In this document: in pieces, positions 30,154 through 38,618 of the stretch | How positions within the stretch are numbered: position 1 is the stretch's first letter | Layout of the letters: every line of letters begins with the position of its first letter | NCBI GenBank assembly: GCA_964607485.1 | Contig: CAZSKP010000009.1 | Coordinates: forward strand, 32,001 to 96,000 | DNA length: 64,000 bases | Reading direction: 5' to 3' | Source: an uncultured bacterium | GTDB lineage: Bacteria; Abyssobacteria; SURF-5 | Notes under the pieces: model-generated | The model's input: only the letters and a program-made list of their open reading frames with translations | Told to the model about the DNA's origin: nothing | Database searches by the model: none | Program-made: the position numbers and the translations under genes

Positions 30154-31743
30154 ATGTCCTACATCTTCATGAAAATACTCGAACGCAAGCCGGCGACATA
30201 CGACGCCGGAATCGCCAAATACGCCGCCGGCGACTTCGCCGAAGTGCGCGACGAGATGCTTTCGCTCGTGAGCCCCGGCGACCGCGTGCTCGACGTGGGG
30301 TGCGGGCCGGGCGCGTTCGCAGTCGAATGCGCAAAGAGGGGCGCGCGGGTCGATGCGGTCGATATCAATCCGCAGATGCTCTACGTCGCCGACCTGGCAG
30401 CAAAGAAGGCAGGGGTCGAGAACAAAATAACGTTTCAGCATGCATCCGCAACCGACGTCGAGGCCGACCGCGGCGCATTCGACCTCGTCGTCTTTTCTCT
30501 CTCGATGAGCGAGCTCAGAGAGGTCGAGCAGTGGATCGCCATGCATTCCGCGTTCGATTTCTTGAAACCGGGCGGAAGGCTCGTGGTGGCCGACGAGGTC
30601 GTTCCGCAGGCGTTCGCGCAGAGGACGTGGTACCATCTCCGCAGGCTGCCGCTTCTCGCGATAACGTACCTGATAACGCGGACGACCACACGGCCCGTTC
30701 GTGAAATGGAAGAACGGTTTCGCGCGTGCGGCTTCGAGGTCGAGCGGACCGAGGCATATGAACGCGGCAGCCTGAAGCTCGTCGTCGGCCACCGCATGGA
30801 GCGGAGACCCGCGCCGGAGGTCTTATCACCGGACAGGCTGCCGCGATGGGTCGAGACGCTGGGCAAAATTTACAGCTACCTCACGCTGGCGTTCAATGAT
30901 GTCCCCATACGAACCGGCCTGTATAAGTTCGGCAATCCCACGGGGGAATCGCCGGTGCTCGTGACCGCAAACTATCTCTTGACCTTCACGTCGGTCAAGA
31001 AGCATCTCCGGGGGCTGGATTGTTATCTGCTCGTCGTCGATACGCGCGGAATCAATGTGTGGTGCTCGGCGGGGAAGGGCAACTTCTCGGCCGAGGAGAT
31101 TCATACCTCCTTGCGCGCGACACGAGCCGAGGATGTTACCGAAACGCGCAAGCTGATCCTGCCGAAGCTCTCGGCCAACGGCGTCAAGTACCGCGATGTC
31201 GAAAGGCTCAGCGGCTGGAAGGCGGCATTCGGCCCCGTGTATGCGCGGGACATACCCGATTACCTGGCCAACGGCTTTGCCGAGGGCGAACGGATGAAGC
31301 GGGTGAGGTTCGAGCTGGCCGACCGGCTTTGGGTCGGCCCGCCGTTTGCGCTGTTCGTGGCCTTCTGGTTCCTGTTGCCACTGCTGATTTTCCACAGCTT
31401 GTATTCTCCCGCGATCCCGGCCATTGCGCTCGCGGCCGGCCTCATCTTTCCGGCCGCGTTCTATATCCTGCCGACGGACCAGTTCTTCAAGAAAGGGCTG
31501 GTTCTGGGGCTTGCGGGAGCGGTAGGAGCGGGCATCTTGCTGCTCGTTGCGGGCGCGCCAGCCAAGGACATAGTCCAGTGGGCGCTCATCATAGTCGGCG
31601 TCACGATGTTCGTGGCGATAGACTTCTCGGGAATGTCGCCGGTGAGCAATTACAGCAAAATAAGGGAGGAGTATTACGTCGTCCTTCCCTTGTTGGTGTT
31701 GATAGTGATAAGCTATATAGTAGTGAGTTATCTGTGGAGGTGA
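30154..31743 (+). CDS. hgcA: Class I SAM-dependent methyltransferase fused to HgcA-type corrinoid membrane protein
   Basis: aa 1-~215: VLDVGCGPG, AVDIN, FDLVV, LKPGGRLVVAD; aa ~245-400: GLYKFGNP...SPVLVTANY...DTRGINVWCSAGKG (Cys304)...LILPKL...GPVYARD; C-terminal multi-TM region. Confidence 0.85.
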   Translation: MSYIFMKILERKPATYDAGIAKYAAGDFAEVRDEMLSLVSPGDRVLDVGCGPGAFAVECAKRGARVDAVDINPQMLYVADLAAKKAGVENKITFQHASATDVEADRGAFDLVVFSLSMSELREVEQWIAMHSAFDFLKPGGRLVVADEVVPQAFAQRTWYHLRRLPLLAITYLITRTTTRPVREMEERFRACGFEVERTEAYERGSLKLVVGHRMERRPAPEVLSPDRLPRWVETLGKIYSYLTLAFNDVPIRTGLYKFGNPTGESPVLVTANYLLTFTSVKKHLRGLDCYLLVVDTRGINVWCSAGKGNFSAEEIHTSLRATRAEDVTETRKLILPKLSANGVKYRDVERLSGWKAAFGPVYARDIPDYLANGFAEGERMKRVRFELADRLWVGPPFALFVAFWFLLPLLIFHSLYSPAIPAIALAAGLIFPAAFYILPTDQFFKKGLVLGLAGAVGAGILLLVAGAPAKDIVQWALIIVGVTMFVAIDFSGMSPVSNYSKIREEYYVVLPLLVLIVISYIVVSYLWR

Positions 31744-31748
31744 CGGTA

Positions 31749-32006
31749 ATGATAGCGCTGGATCGGGAAAAATGTGTAGGCTGCGGCGATTGCGCGAACG
31801 TCTGTCCGCAGCAGTGCTACACAATGGGCGACGACCACAAGAGCGTGCATGCATTCCCCGACAGATGCATGGAGTGCGGCGCATGCAGCCTCAACTGCCG
31901 CGCGCAGGCCATCTCGATGGAGGCCGGGCCCGGCTGCATCGTTTACATAATAAAGGAACAGCTGTTCGGCAAAACCGCCGCGGCGGACAGCGAGACCTGT
32001 TGCTGA
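31749..32006 (+). CDS. hgcB: HgcB-type 2x[4Fe-4S] ferredoxin (85 aa)
   Basis: CVGCGDCANVCP, CMECGACSLNC, GPGC, C-terminal CC; GGAGG SD inside the end of hgcA; ATG 5 nt after hgcA stop. Confidence 0.9.
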   Translation: MIALDREKCVGCGDCANVCPQQCYTMGDDHKSVHAFPDRCMECGACSLNCRAQAISMEAGPGCIVYIIKEQLFGKTAAADSETCC

Positions 32007-32051
32007 GCCTGCGCCGGCGAACCTCTATCGACGATGCAGGAGCGTTGAAGG

Positions 32052-32642
32052 ATGAAGCGTATCGTGAGCGTCGATACCGCGCGGCCCGACAGGGTGCCGC
32101 CCGGTCAGAGGGTGATAGAACGGTTCCCGGTGCTCACCCACGGCTCGACGCCCCAGACGGACCTGAAGCGATGGAGCTTCAGGATATTCGGACTTGTCGA
32201 AAAGGAAGTTACACTCTCCTACGAAGATTTCATGTCGCTGCCCAAGGTTGAGGTCCGCGCGGATTTCCACTGTGTGACCACGTGGAGCCGGCTCGACAAC
32301 CTGTGGGAAGGCGTCTCCTGGAGCGAGCTGCTCTCGCTCGTCAATCCGCTTGATACCGCAAAGCACGTGATGATCCATTGCGAACAGGGCTACACGACGA
32401 ACGTCCCCCTGGCCGACATGAACCGTGAGGACGTGCTGTTCGCCTACAAACACGACGGTGAGGAACTCACTCCCGACCACGGATGGCCGCTCAGGTCGAT
32501 CGTGCCCGCGCTGTATGCATGGAAGAGCGCGAAGTGGGCGCAGGGCGTCGAGTTCATGGAGGAAGAGCGGCCCGGCTTCTGGGAGATGCACGGCTATCAC
32601 ATCCACGGAGACCCGTGGAAAGAAGAACGCTACAGCGAATAG
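32052..32642 (+). CDS. Sulfite oxidase-like molybdopterin oxidoreductase (YuiH/MsrP family, no export signal)
   Basis: RVPPGQ, DFHCVTTWS, YTTN, HGWPLR, YAWKSAKW, GFWE..GYH..GDPW. Confidence 0.9.
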   Translation: MKRIVSVDTARPDRVPPGQRVIERFPVLTHGSTPQTDLKRWSFRIFGLVEKEVTLSYEDFMSLPKVEVRADFHCVTTWSRLDNLWEGVSWSELLSLVNPLDTAKHVMIHCEQGYTTNVPLADMNREDVLFAYKHDGEELTPDHGWPLRSIVPALYAWKSAKWAQGVEFMEEERPGFWEMHGYHIHGDPWKEERYSE

Positions 32643-32647
32643 CGAAG

Positions 32648-32863
32648 GCGGGGTCAGGTCTTGCATTGCAACATTCTTCATGATACTGCGTTGGCATGTC
32701 GAGACCGTTGCGCATAGAGTCCCAAGGCGCGGTGCGTCACCTCGCCGCGTGAGGAAATACCCGACAGCAGATATTCTTGGATAATACGAACAGGCAGGAA
32801 TTTCTCCAGGCGCTCGGGCGAGTAGAAAAGGACTGAATGTTGCAATGCAAGACCTGACCCCGC
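32648..32863. mobile_element. 216-bp MITE-like element with 29-bp perfect terminal inverted repeats
   Basis: GCGGGGTCAGGTCTTGCATTGCAACATTC (32648-32676) and its exact reverse complement (32835-32863). Confidence 0.8.
32696..32836 (+). pseudogene. N-terminal remnant of REP-associated tyrosine (Y1/HUH) transposase
   Basis: MSRPLRIESQGAVRHLAA*GNTRQQIFLDNTNRQEFL, resembling the RAYT start M.RPLRIE..GA.YH...RGN.RQ.IF; premature TGA at 32750. Confidence 0.75.
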
Positions 32864-32868
32864 TTATT

Positions 32869-33060
32869 TCATGTTTCAACTTCAGATTCCGCCCGGTGGT
32901 GAAGATAGGTCTGTAATTCCTTCAGGCAGGTGTCAATCTTCTCGACGACTTCTCTCTGATCTTTCGCCAACTTCCCGTGAAATTCCAAGAGCAGATTCTG
33001 AGCCAGCGACATGGCCGGAGCGACGATGTTGGCGATGTCGTGAATTTCCTTGCGCGTCAT
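32869..33060 (-). CDS. Small HisKA/DHp-like helical protein (63 aa)
   Basis: EIHDIANIVAPAMSLAQNLL...GKLAKDQREVVEKI; GAGGAG upstream. Confidence 0.55.
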   Translation of the reverse strand: MTRKEIHDIANIVAPAMSLAQNLLLEFHGKLAKDQREVVEKIDTCLKELQTYLHHRAESEVET

Positions 33061-33159
33061 CCCGCTTTTCTCCTCATCCGGTCCTCTCCTCTCCCGAAGT
33101 ACTGCGCGGCCACGGATAGCTCGCGTCATCCGGCATTCCTGAAGCCGCGGGCTCGACGG

Positions 33160-34356
33160 TCACCCCAATTCCCACAGCGAAATCGAGCGAAGCCGCCTGC
33201 GCCGGAACTCAAGCTTGCGCCCGCTGCCCCAGGCAATGAGCTTTTCGCGCGCAAAAGCGCTGTCTTTCCTGTGAGTCATCATGCGGCAATCCTCCCCCAG
33301 CAGCCTCACCGCCTCCTTCGCGCCTTCCAGGAAGAATTTCGCCTTCTTGGGAAGAGGCATCGTCTTGACAAACCGGCGCGACGGGCTGGCGGGCATGAGT
33401 CCTGCGAAGGCGTGTACGGCGCCCTCGATCCCCGCGATGTGGGCTCCGACTCGATAGTCAAGAGGGGAGAAGAACGACTCGAACGTGTAGGACGGAATCC
33501 CCAGCGAGAGTGTCAGCCAATCGCTGAGCACCATCCTGCCTTTTCTGAACTCGGTCAGCAGCGGACCCGAAATCTCCCTGCCCTCGCCTTTCGTTATGGT
33601 TTGAGGTATGGGCACGAAAAGTTTTCGGAGGAACCTGCCGACGTTGCTCACCTTCCGGGGCACGTAATAGTTGCGCTTCAGATTCTCGATGATGCGCGCG
33701 CCTACGCTCTCGCCGAGCTCGCGCTGCGAGTCGGGGATGAACTCTATCACCGTCACCTCGAAATTGTTGGGCAGGAACCGCCATTGCTGAGGCAATTGAA
33801 ACCTGACGCCCGGCCTGTAGAACAGCGTCTCGTGCAGGTCGAGCGAAAGCGCGGCGCGTTGTTCCAACAGATATTTCTTAAGCGCCCTCGTCTCCGGCGG
33901 CAGGAACTCGTCGGGCCGGCACCAGACCGCGTTGACATCCTCCCAGTTGCTCTCCGAGTAATCCTCCCGAATCTCGGTGTTGCCGATGGGATCGACGCAC
34001 TTCACCCCGCGGCAGTCGTAGCCGTCGGGGTCGAGACACGGAAGCAGGATGAACTGCACGTTTCTCAGTATGCGTTCGAGCGACCCGTTGGGCTGAGCAA
34101 GCCTGCGCGCTATGGAAAGCAGCGCCAGCGGCGGCGCATCCTCGCGGCCGTGATTCGCCGCGGTGAGAAGAATCTTATGGCTTGTCCCGGCCGACCCGGC
34201 CTTGACCGCGTAAATCGGACGGCCCATCTTCGAGCGGGCTATCTCCTCGACGGAAAGGCGGTCGCCGAGAGCCGCGAAACCGGCCTCAAGGTCGGAGTAG
34301 CGCTTGAATTCGTTCAGCTCCTTGATGGGCGGATATTTGTCGAACAGTTCGGTCAT
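33160..34356 (-). CDS. M14 zinc carboxypeptidase/deacylase family
   Basis: SKMGRPI, NHGRE (HxxE), PCLDPDG, LDLHE; ATGA overlap with upstream gene. Confidence 0.8.
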   Translation of the reverse strand: MTELFDKYPPIKELNEFKRYSDLEAGFAALGDRLSVEEIARSKMGRPIYAVKAGSAGTSHKILLTAANHGREDAPPLALLSIARRLAQPNGSLERILRNVQFILLPCLDPDGYDCRGVKCVDPIGNTEIREDYSESNWEDVNAVWCRPDEFLPPETRALKKYLLEQRAALSLDLHETLFYRPGVRFQLPQQWRFLPNNFEVTVIEFIPDSQRELGESVGARIIENLKRNYYVPRKVSNVGRFLRKLFVPIPQTITKGEGREISGPLLTEFRKGRMVLSDWLTLSLGIPSYTFESFFSPLDYRVGAHIAGIEGAVHAFAGLMPASPSRRFVKTMPLPKKAKFFLEGAKEAVRLLGEDCRMMTHRKDSAFAREKLIAWGSGRKLEFRRRRLRSISLWELG

Positions 34357-35834
34357 CTTTCGAGCCTCATGATACACTCGCCCGGCTCTTTGAATTCTCT
34401 CTGATGGAACACGGCCTTCGACTGGTACACATCGGCCACGCCGTTCCAGCCGAAGTGGAGCGCCCTGTGAAAGGTTTCGGTGTAGGCGTCCACAAGGTTA
34501 TTCGTATTTTTCACGAGCTCGTTCAGCTCGGCCAGCTTCTCGTCTTCGACCAACGAAGGCGATGCAAAATCCTCGAAGATTCTGTCGAAGCCTTTCGCAA
34601 TATCGGAAAAGTGCTTCCTGACGCTCCGGCTCAGCAGCAGACTCGCGACAAACGTGGCGACGCCGAACAGCAGGATGGGCGAGATGAAGAGCGACCCCTT
34701 GAAAAGACCGAACACGCTGTCGAGTATGCCCACCGCGATGAGTATTATCGGAATCTGGCGTTTCTCAAAGGATACGAGCTGGCCCAGCTTCATCGCCTGG
34801 AATTTCCTCCGCGAGTAAGCAGTAATGTACAGGCTCTGCGAGAGCTTCGACCTGATTTTCGCCACGTCGAGCTTCTCGGGCACGCGGATGACGTTGTCTA
34901 TCTCGACATTCCTCTCGCTGACAAGGTGCGCGATGGGATGCAGAGCGGGCGGGATGAAGCTCATCGGAAACCATTCCCCGTCGGAAAATTCGTCGGCCAG
35001 GTATATCTCGTAGGACTTTTGCGTCGGCAGCACAATCAGCTCTATCGAACGGTGGTGGCTGCTTTGCTTCAGCAGAGGCGCCTTCCGAACGCTCCGCTCG
35101 GGAATCCGTATGCGCTTGGCGTCCTCGTCGCTGAACAGGACTTTCAGAAAACGGAGCGCGCTCATCAGGAAACCACGGCGGGGTTTGCTGTCCTCGAACT
35201 GGGCGTAGTAGTACCGCTCGACCGATTCGAGCCCCTCTTCGTTGGGCACGGCGGCCAGCTTCAGGTAGATGTCCTGCGTGCTCCCATCGATTCTGTCGAA
35301 GCACTGGACGACCCGGTCCACTCCCGCCGCCGTCTCGTCGTCCCCGCCTCGCACAACCTTCAGGCTGTTGGAAATCTCACAGGCGCAATCCTTGAATTTT
35401 GCGGCGACCGCCAGCTTCTTCACGCGCGCATACGTGTGGATCACGTTGAACACCATGTAAGGCAACAGCAGCGGCAGCAGCAGAGGTTTCACCACGGCGA
35501 GCACGACGCAGCCCGAAAGCCACGCGAACTCCAGCACGCTCGAAAGCAGCCCGACATGCATCAGCTCATCCTGATTGAGCGCCAGGCTGTCCCAATCCTT
35601 CTTCATCTGGCGCTCGACCTCCCTCAGGTCTTCTTCGGCGGGGCGACCGTGAAGGAAAGCAGTCACTGAAAACGAATCCAGGTTCGCAAGAGCGGCGACC
35701 TCGTTCATTAGGTCCACGTAGTGCGAGAGCAGCACGTATTCCTTCTGCCCTATGACGGGCAGATACGCGGCGGCCATGGTCACACGGGCCTCGTTCCGTT
35801 CAACCTCGACCGTATGAAACGTTTCCGCCTTCAC
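34353..35834 (-). CDS. Hypothetical membrane protein
   Basis: 493-aa ORF overlapping both neighbours; two hydrophobic hairpin regions; no known motif. Confidence 0.7.
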   Translation of the reverse strand: MKAETFHTVEVERNEARVTMAAAYLPVIGQKEYVLLSHYVDLMNEVAALANLDSFSVTAFLHGRPAEEDLREVERQMKKDWDSLALNQDELMHVGLLSSVLEFAWLSGCVVLAVVKPLLLPLLLPYMVFNVIHTYARVKKLAVAAKFKDCACEISNSLKVVRGGDDETAAGVDRVVQCFDRIDGSTQDIYLKLAAVPNEEGLESVERYYYAQFEDSKPRRGFLMSALRFLKVLFSDEDAKRIRIPERSVRKAPLLKQSSHHRSIELIVLPTQKSYEIYLADEFSDGEWFPMSFIPPALHPIAHLVSERNVEIDNVIRVPEKLDVAKIRSKLSQSLYITAYSRRKFQAMKLGQLVSFEKRQIPIILIAVGILDSVFGLFKGSLFISPILLFGVATFVASLLLSRSVRKHFSDIAKGFDRIFEDFASPSLVEDEKLAELNELVKNTNNLVDAYTETFHRALHFGWNGVADVYQSKAVFHQREFKEPGECIMRLER

Positions 35835-37164
35835 TACTGACGCCTCCCGATATGGACGCCAACGCGCTCGCGCGCTCCCGCTCGGTCAAGAGGAGGGTGC
35901 TCGACGCATCGGGCACTATATAGGTTGTGAAATCCTTCCGCAAGTTATCGGTCGCGGTGCGATAAGCCTGTTGAAAAGAGGCGCAGGGTCGCATCCTCAT
36001 CCGTTCAACGTCGGATGGATTCAATCCGGAAACCAGAGCGATGTTCACCGTCGTCGCTTTTTCGAACGCGGCGTACGCGGTCTGTCCGTAAATCTCGTAG
36101 TTCGCCCGGAGCTCCTCCTCAAACTCCGCCGCATCGTCGAACCTGAACCAGTCGATGAATCCCGGATAGCCGAGCCCGTCGCCGCACTCGGCGACGACGA
36201 GCATCCAGCCGCCCGGCCTGGTGACCGGATGCGCGCTGTGGATCGCCTTGTGAGCCTGTATGAAGTTGATGTCCTTCGGGCTTCCGCCGCAGCTCACGAT
36301 TGTGAGGTCCGCCGGCTCCGCCACGACCACGCTGAAGTTGTCGATGTAATGAGCGCACGCGACCTCGTGCGCCGCGACGAAATCGCCCGCAAACGCCGCC
36401 GCCACGGTCTTCTCCGGCCCGACGATGGTGTTCAACATGAAGTGGGGGCCCACCATTTTGGCGGCCTCGAGCATGTCCTCGTGCACCGGGTTGCCCGCCA
36501 GGCGCGCAACGCGCGCGCCAGCATTCCTGCCCCGCGCGGGCGACGGCTCGAACACGAGCATATGGCTCTGCAAGTTTGCCTCGAGCGAACACACGCCCGG
36601 CATTATACTCTTTCGGCCTCCACCGAAGCCCGCATAGTAATGCGGGCCGACCGCGCCGGTGAGGATGACTTTGTCCGCTTCGGCAACTGTCCGGTTCACG
36701 GCGACCTCCGTCCCCCTCGAGGTCGTGCCGTAGGAAACGAGCCCGGCACGGTCGCGGGCGTCGTGGTCGATGGGACGAATCCGCTCGTAGAGCGCGTCTC
36801 CCAGCAGACTGCGATGCTCCCCCTCGGTCTGCGGCCGGTGTATGCCCAGTGCGATTACTATGGCGATATCGCGGTCGGGTATTCCCGCCGCATTCAGCTC
36901 CTCCACGAGAATCGGCAGAAATACGTCGCTCGCCGTCGAGCGAGTGATGTCCGAGGCGACGATGGCGACCCTGTCCCCTCGCGAGACAATCTCGCTCAGC
37001 GGAGGCGAACCGATGGGATTCTCGAGCGCGTGCCTCATGAGGTCGGCGGCGTCGGAGGCGGGCTTGGGGCGACGCGGAAGAAGGACTCTCGGTTCTTGCC
37101 CGCAATTCACATCTGCTTCTATTTCTTTCCCACCGTATTTCAGCCGAAACCGGCGGCTGCTCAT
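35800..37164 (-). CDS. larA: LarA-family nickel-pincer (NPN) dependent racemase/epimerase
   Basis: ALENPIGSPPL, SDITR, GIHR, PHYYAGFGGGRKS, NPVHEDM, QAHKA, ECGDG. Confidence 0.88.
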   Translation of the reverse strand: MSSRRFRLKYGGKEIEADVNCGQEPRVLLPRRPKPASDAADLMRHALENPIGSPPLSEIVSRGDRVAIVASDITRSTASDVFLPILVEELNAAGIPDRDIAIVIALGIHRPQTEGEHRSLLGDALYERIRPIDHDARDRAGLVSYGTTSRGTEVAVNRTVAEADKVILTGAVGPHYYAGFGGGRKSIMPGVCSLEANLQSHMLVFEPSPARGRNAGARVARLAGNPVHEDMLEAAKMVGPHFMLNTIVGPEKTVAAAFAGDFVAAHEVACAHYIDNFSVVVAEPADLTIVSCGGSPKDINFIQAHKAIHSAHPVTRPGGWMLVVAECGDGLGYPGFIDWFRFDDAAEFEEELRANYEIYGQTAYAAFEKATTVNIALVSGLNPSDVERMRMRPCASFQQAYRTATDNLRKDFTTYIVPDASSTLLLTERERASALASISGGVSSEGGNVSYGRG

Positions 37165-37221
37165 CTGATGCCCACCAACGGCGCGTTCAGGCCGGAGTTG
37201 CTGTTCGGAAATTCAAGAGAG

Positions 37222-37250
37222 TTGACCATTCAAACTTCACCCTGTATCAT
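37222..37250 (+). promoter_or_regulatory. Sigma70-type promoter
   Basis: TTGACC-17nt-TATCAT upstream of MFS gene. Confidence 0.5.
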
Positions 37251-37311
37251 TATACGGCTTGGCCGTCGCGGCCAAAGGGAAAGTTACATCCTCATCCTTC
37301 CGGGAGGTCTA

Positions 37312-38556
37312 ATGAAACGCCCGAACAAAGTGTTTTTCGGCTGGTTCATAGTCGCCGCAAGCTTCCTCGTCGTCTTCTCGCTCAACGGAGTTATTATAAA
37401 TACATTCGGTGTGTTCTTCAAGCCCGTCTCGGAGAGCATGGGGTGGAGTCGCGCGACGTTCAGCGCAACTCTCGCTATAGGCGCGCTGGCGATGGCGGCG
37501 GGAGCCCCTTTCGTGGGCAGAATGATAGACACAATCGGCGCAAGCAAGACGATGCTCGCGGGCTGCCTGCTCTGCGGCGGAGGGATGGCCGCGCTTGGCG
37601 CAGCCACAAGATTGGAGCATTTCTATATTTTGTTTGCCATAGTTGGCCTTGGATTGTCGGCCTCGACCATGATCCCGGTTTCGCTCCTGATCGCGAACTG
37701 GTTTGTGCGCAAACGTGGAATCGCCATGGGCGCGGCATTCACCGGCACGAGCATCGGGGGCATGATCATGAATCCGGTGAACACCTACCTGGTGCAGACG
37801 TTCGATTGGCGAAAATCGTATGTGATACTCGGCGCGGCAATCCTGCTGGTGACGGTCCCGTTGGTCCTTTTCGTTATAAGGACCCGGCCTTCCGACGTAG
37901 GCTTGCTTCCCGACGGCGACGAGGCCGGGGAAAAGGAAGTCAAGGAGCTCACGGGACACACCCTGAACCAAGCCTTCCGAACTCCGGCCTTCTGGTTCAT
38001 AGCGGCAAACATGTTTCTGGTGACCGTGATGTCCCAGGCCATCGGAGTACACTGCATTCCGTATCTCACCGATATCGGACATTCGGAGATGACCGCCGCC
38101 TTCGTCTTCGGCGCGTCGCTGGGCTTCATGACTATCGGCAAGGTGGGCCTTGGCGTGTACGCCGACCGGTGGGGTGCGCGACCCACGTTTGTTTACAGCA
38201 TCGTCGTGACCGCCGTGGGGATCGGCATACTCATGCTTGCCAAACCTCTCTGGGTGGCAATGCTGTTCGCGGTCGTATTCGGATTCGCTCAGGGCGGCCC
38301 GCTCACACTCACGCCTATGGTGACGGCGGATTGCCACGGATTATCCAATTTTGGCTCCATTTTTGGGACGCTGACCTTCTTCTCAATCGTCGGAGCCGCC
38401 GTCGGCCCCGTGGTCGTCGGGAAAATGTACGACGCCACACAGCCTCACACGTATCAGGGCGCCTTCGCCCTGCTCATCATCATTACACTGATGAGCGCAT
38501 ACTGCATTTACAGAGCCAAACCCACTGAAGAATTCGGACATGTGACCGGCGAATGA
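37312..38556 (+). CDS. MFS transporter (MCT/OFA-like)
   Basis: FFGWFIV, GRMIDTIG, WFVRKRGIAMG, ADRWG; many TM segments; GGAGG SD. Confidence 0.9.
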   Translation: MKRPNKVFFGWFIVAASFLVVFSLNGVIINTFGVFFKPVSESMGWSRATFSATLAIGALAMAAGAPFVGRMIDTIGASKTMLAGCLLCGGGMAALGAATRLEHFYILFAIVGLGLSASTMIPVSLLIANWFVRKRGIAMGAAFTGTSIGGMIMNPVNTYLVQTFDWRKSYVILGAAILLVTVPLVLFVIRTRPSDVGLLPDGDEAGEKEVKELTGHTLNQAFRTPAFWFIAANMFLVTVMSQAIGVHCIPYLTDIGHSEMTAAFVFGASLGFMTIGKVGLGVYADRWGARPTFVYSIVVTAVGIGILMLAKPLWVAMLFAVVFGFAQGGPLTLTPMVTADCHGLSNFGSIFGTLTFFSIVGAAVGPVVVGKMYDATQPHTYQGAFALLIIITLMSAYCIYRAKPTEEFGHVTGE

Positions 38557-38618
38557 TATCTTGTTGGTAACGGCTGAACGCACGGGCGCGTGCCGGAATG
38601 CGCGGTGAAGGAGGAGAC

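Noticed and set aside
30154-30800. Methyltransferase domain as ArsM arsenite methyltransferase
   Set aside because: The conserved ArsM cysteine pattern is not recognisable; only generic class I motifs are seen.
30880-31350. Corrinoid domain as CdhE/AcsC of the Wood-Ljungdahl pathway
   Set aside because: Has the cap-helix Cys, a TM C-terminus and an adjacent hgcB; lacks the Fe-S and TIM-barrel domains and acs neighbours.
31020-31748. N-terminal 243 aa of the 328-aa ORF, which might suggest a large or HgcA-fused ferredoxin
   Set aside because: Out-of-frame overlap with hgcA; hgcA has its own stop at 31743 and hgcB its own SD and ATG, so this is not an HgcAB fusion.
32750-32752. In-frame TGA as possible selenocysteine
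   Set aside because: Aligns to the Arg of the RAYT RGN motif (CGA to TGA) in a truncated remnant.
35971-37311. N-terminal half of the 861-aa ORF, an apparent MFS fusion
   Set aside because: Antisense to larA; the MFS has its own promoter, SD and ATG at 37312.
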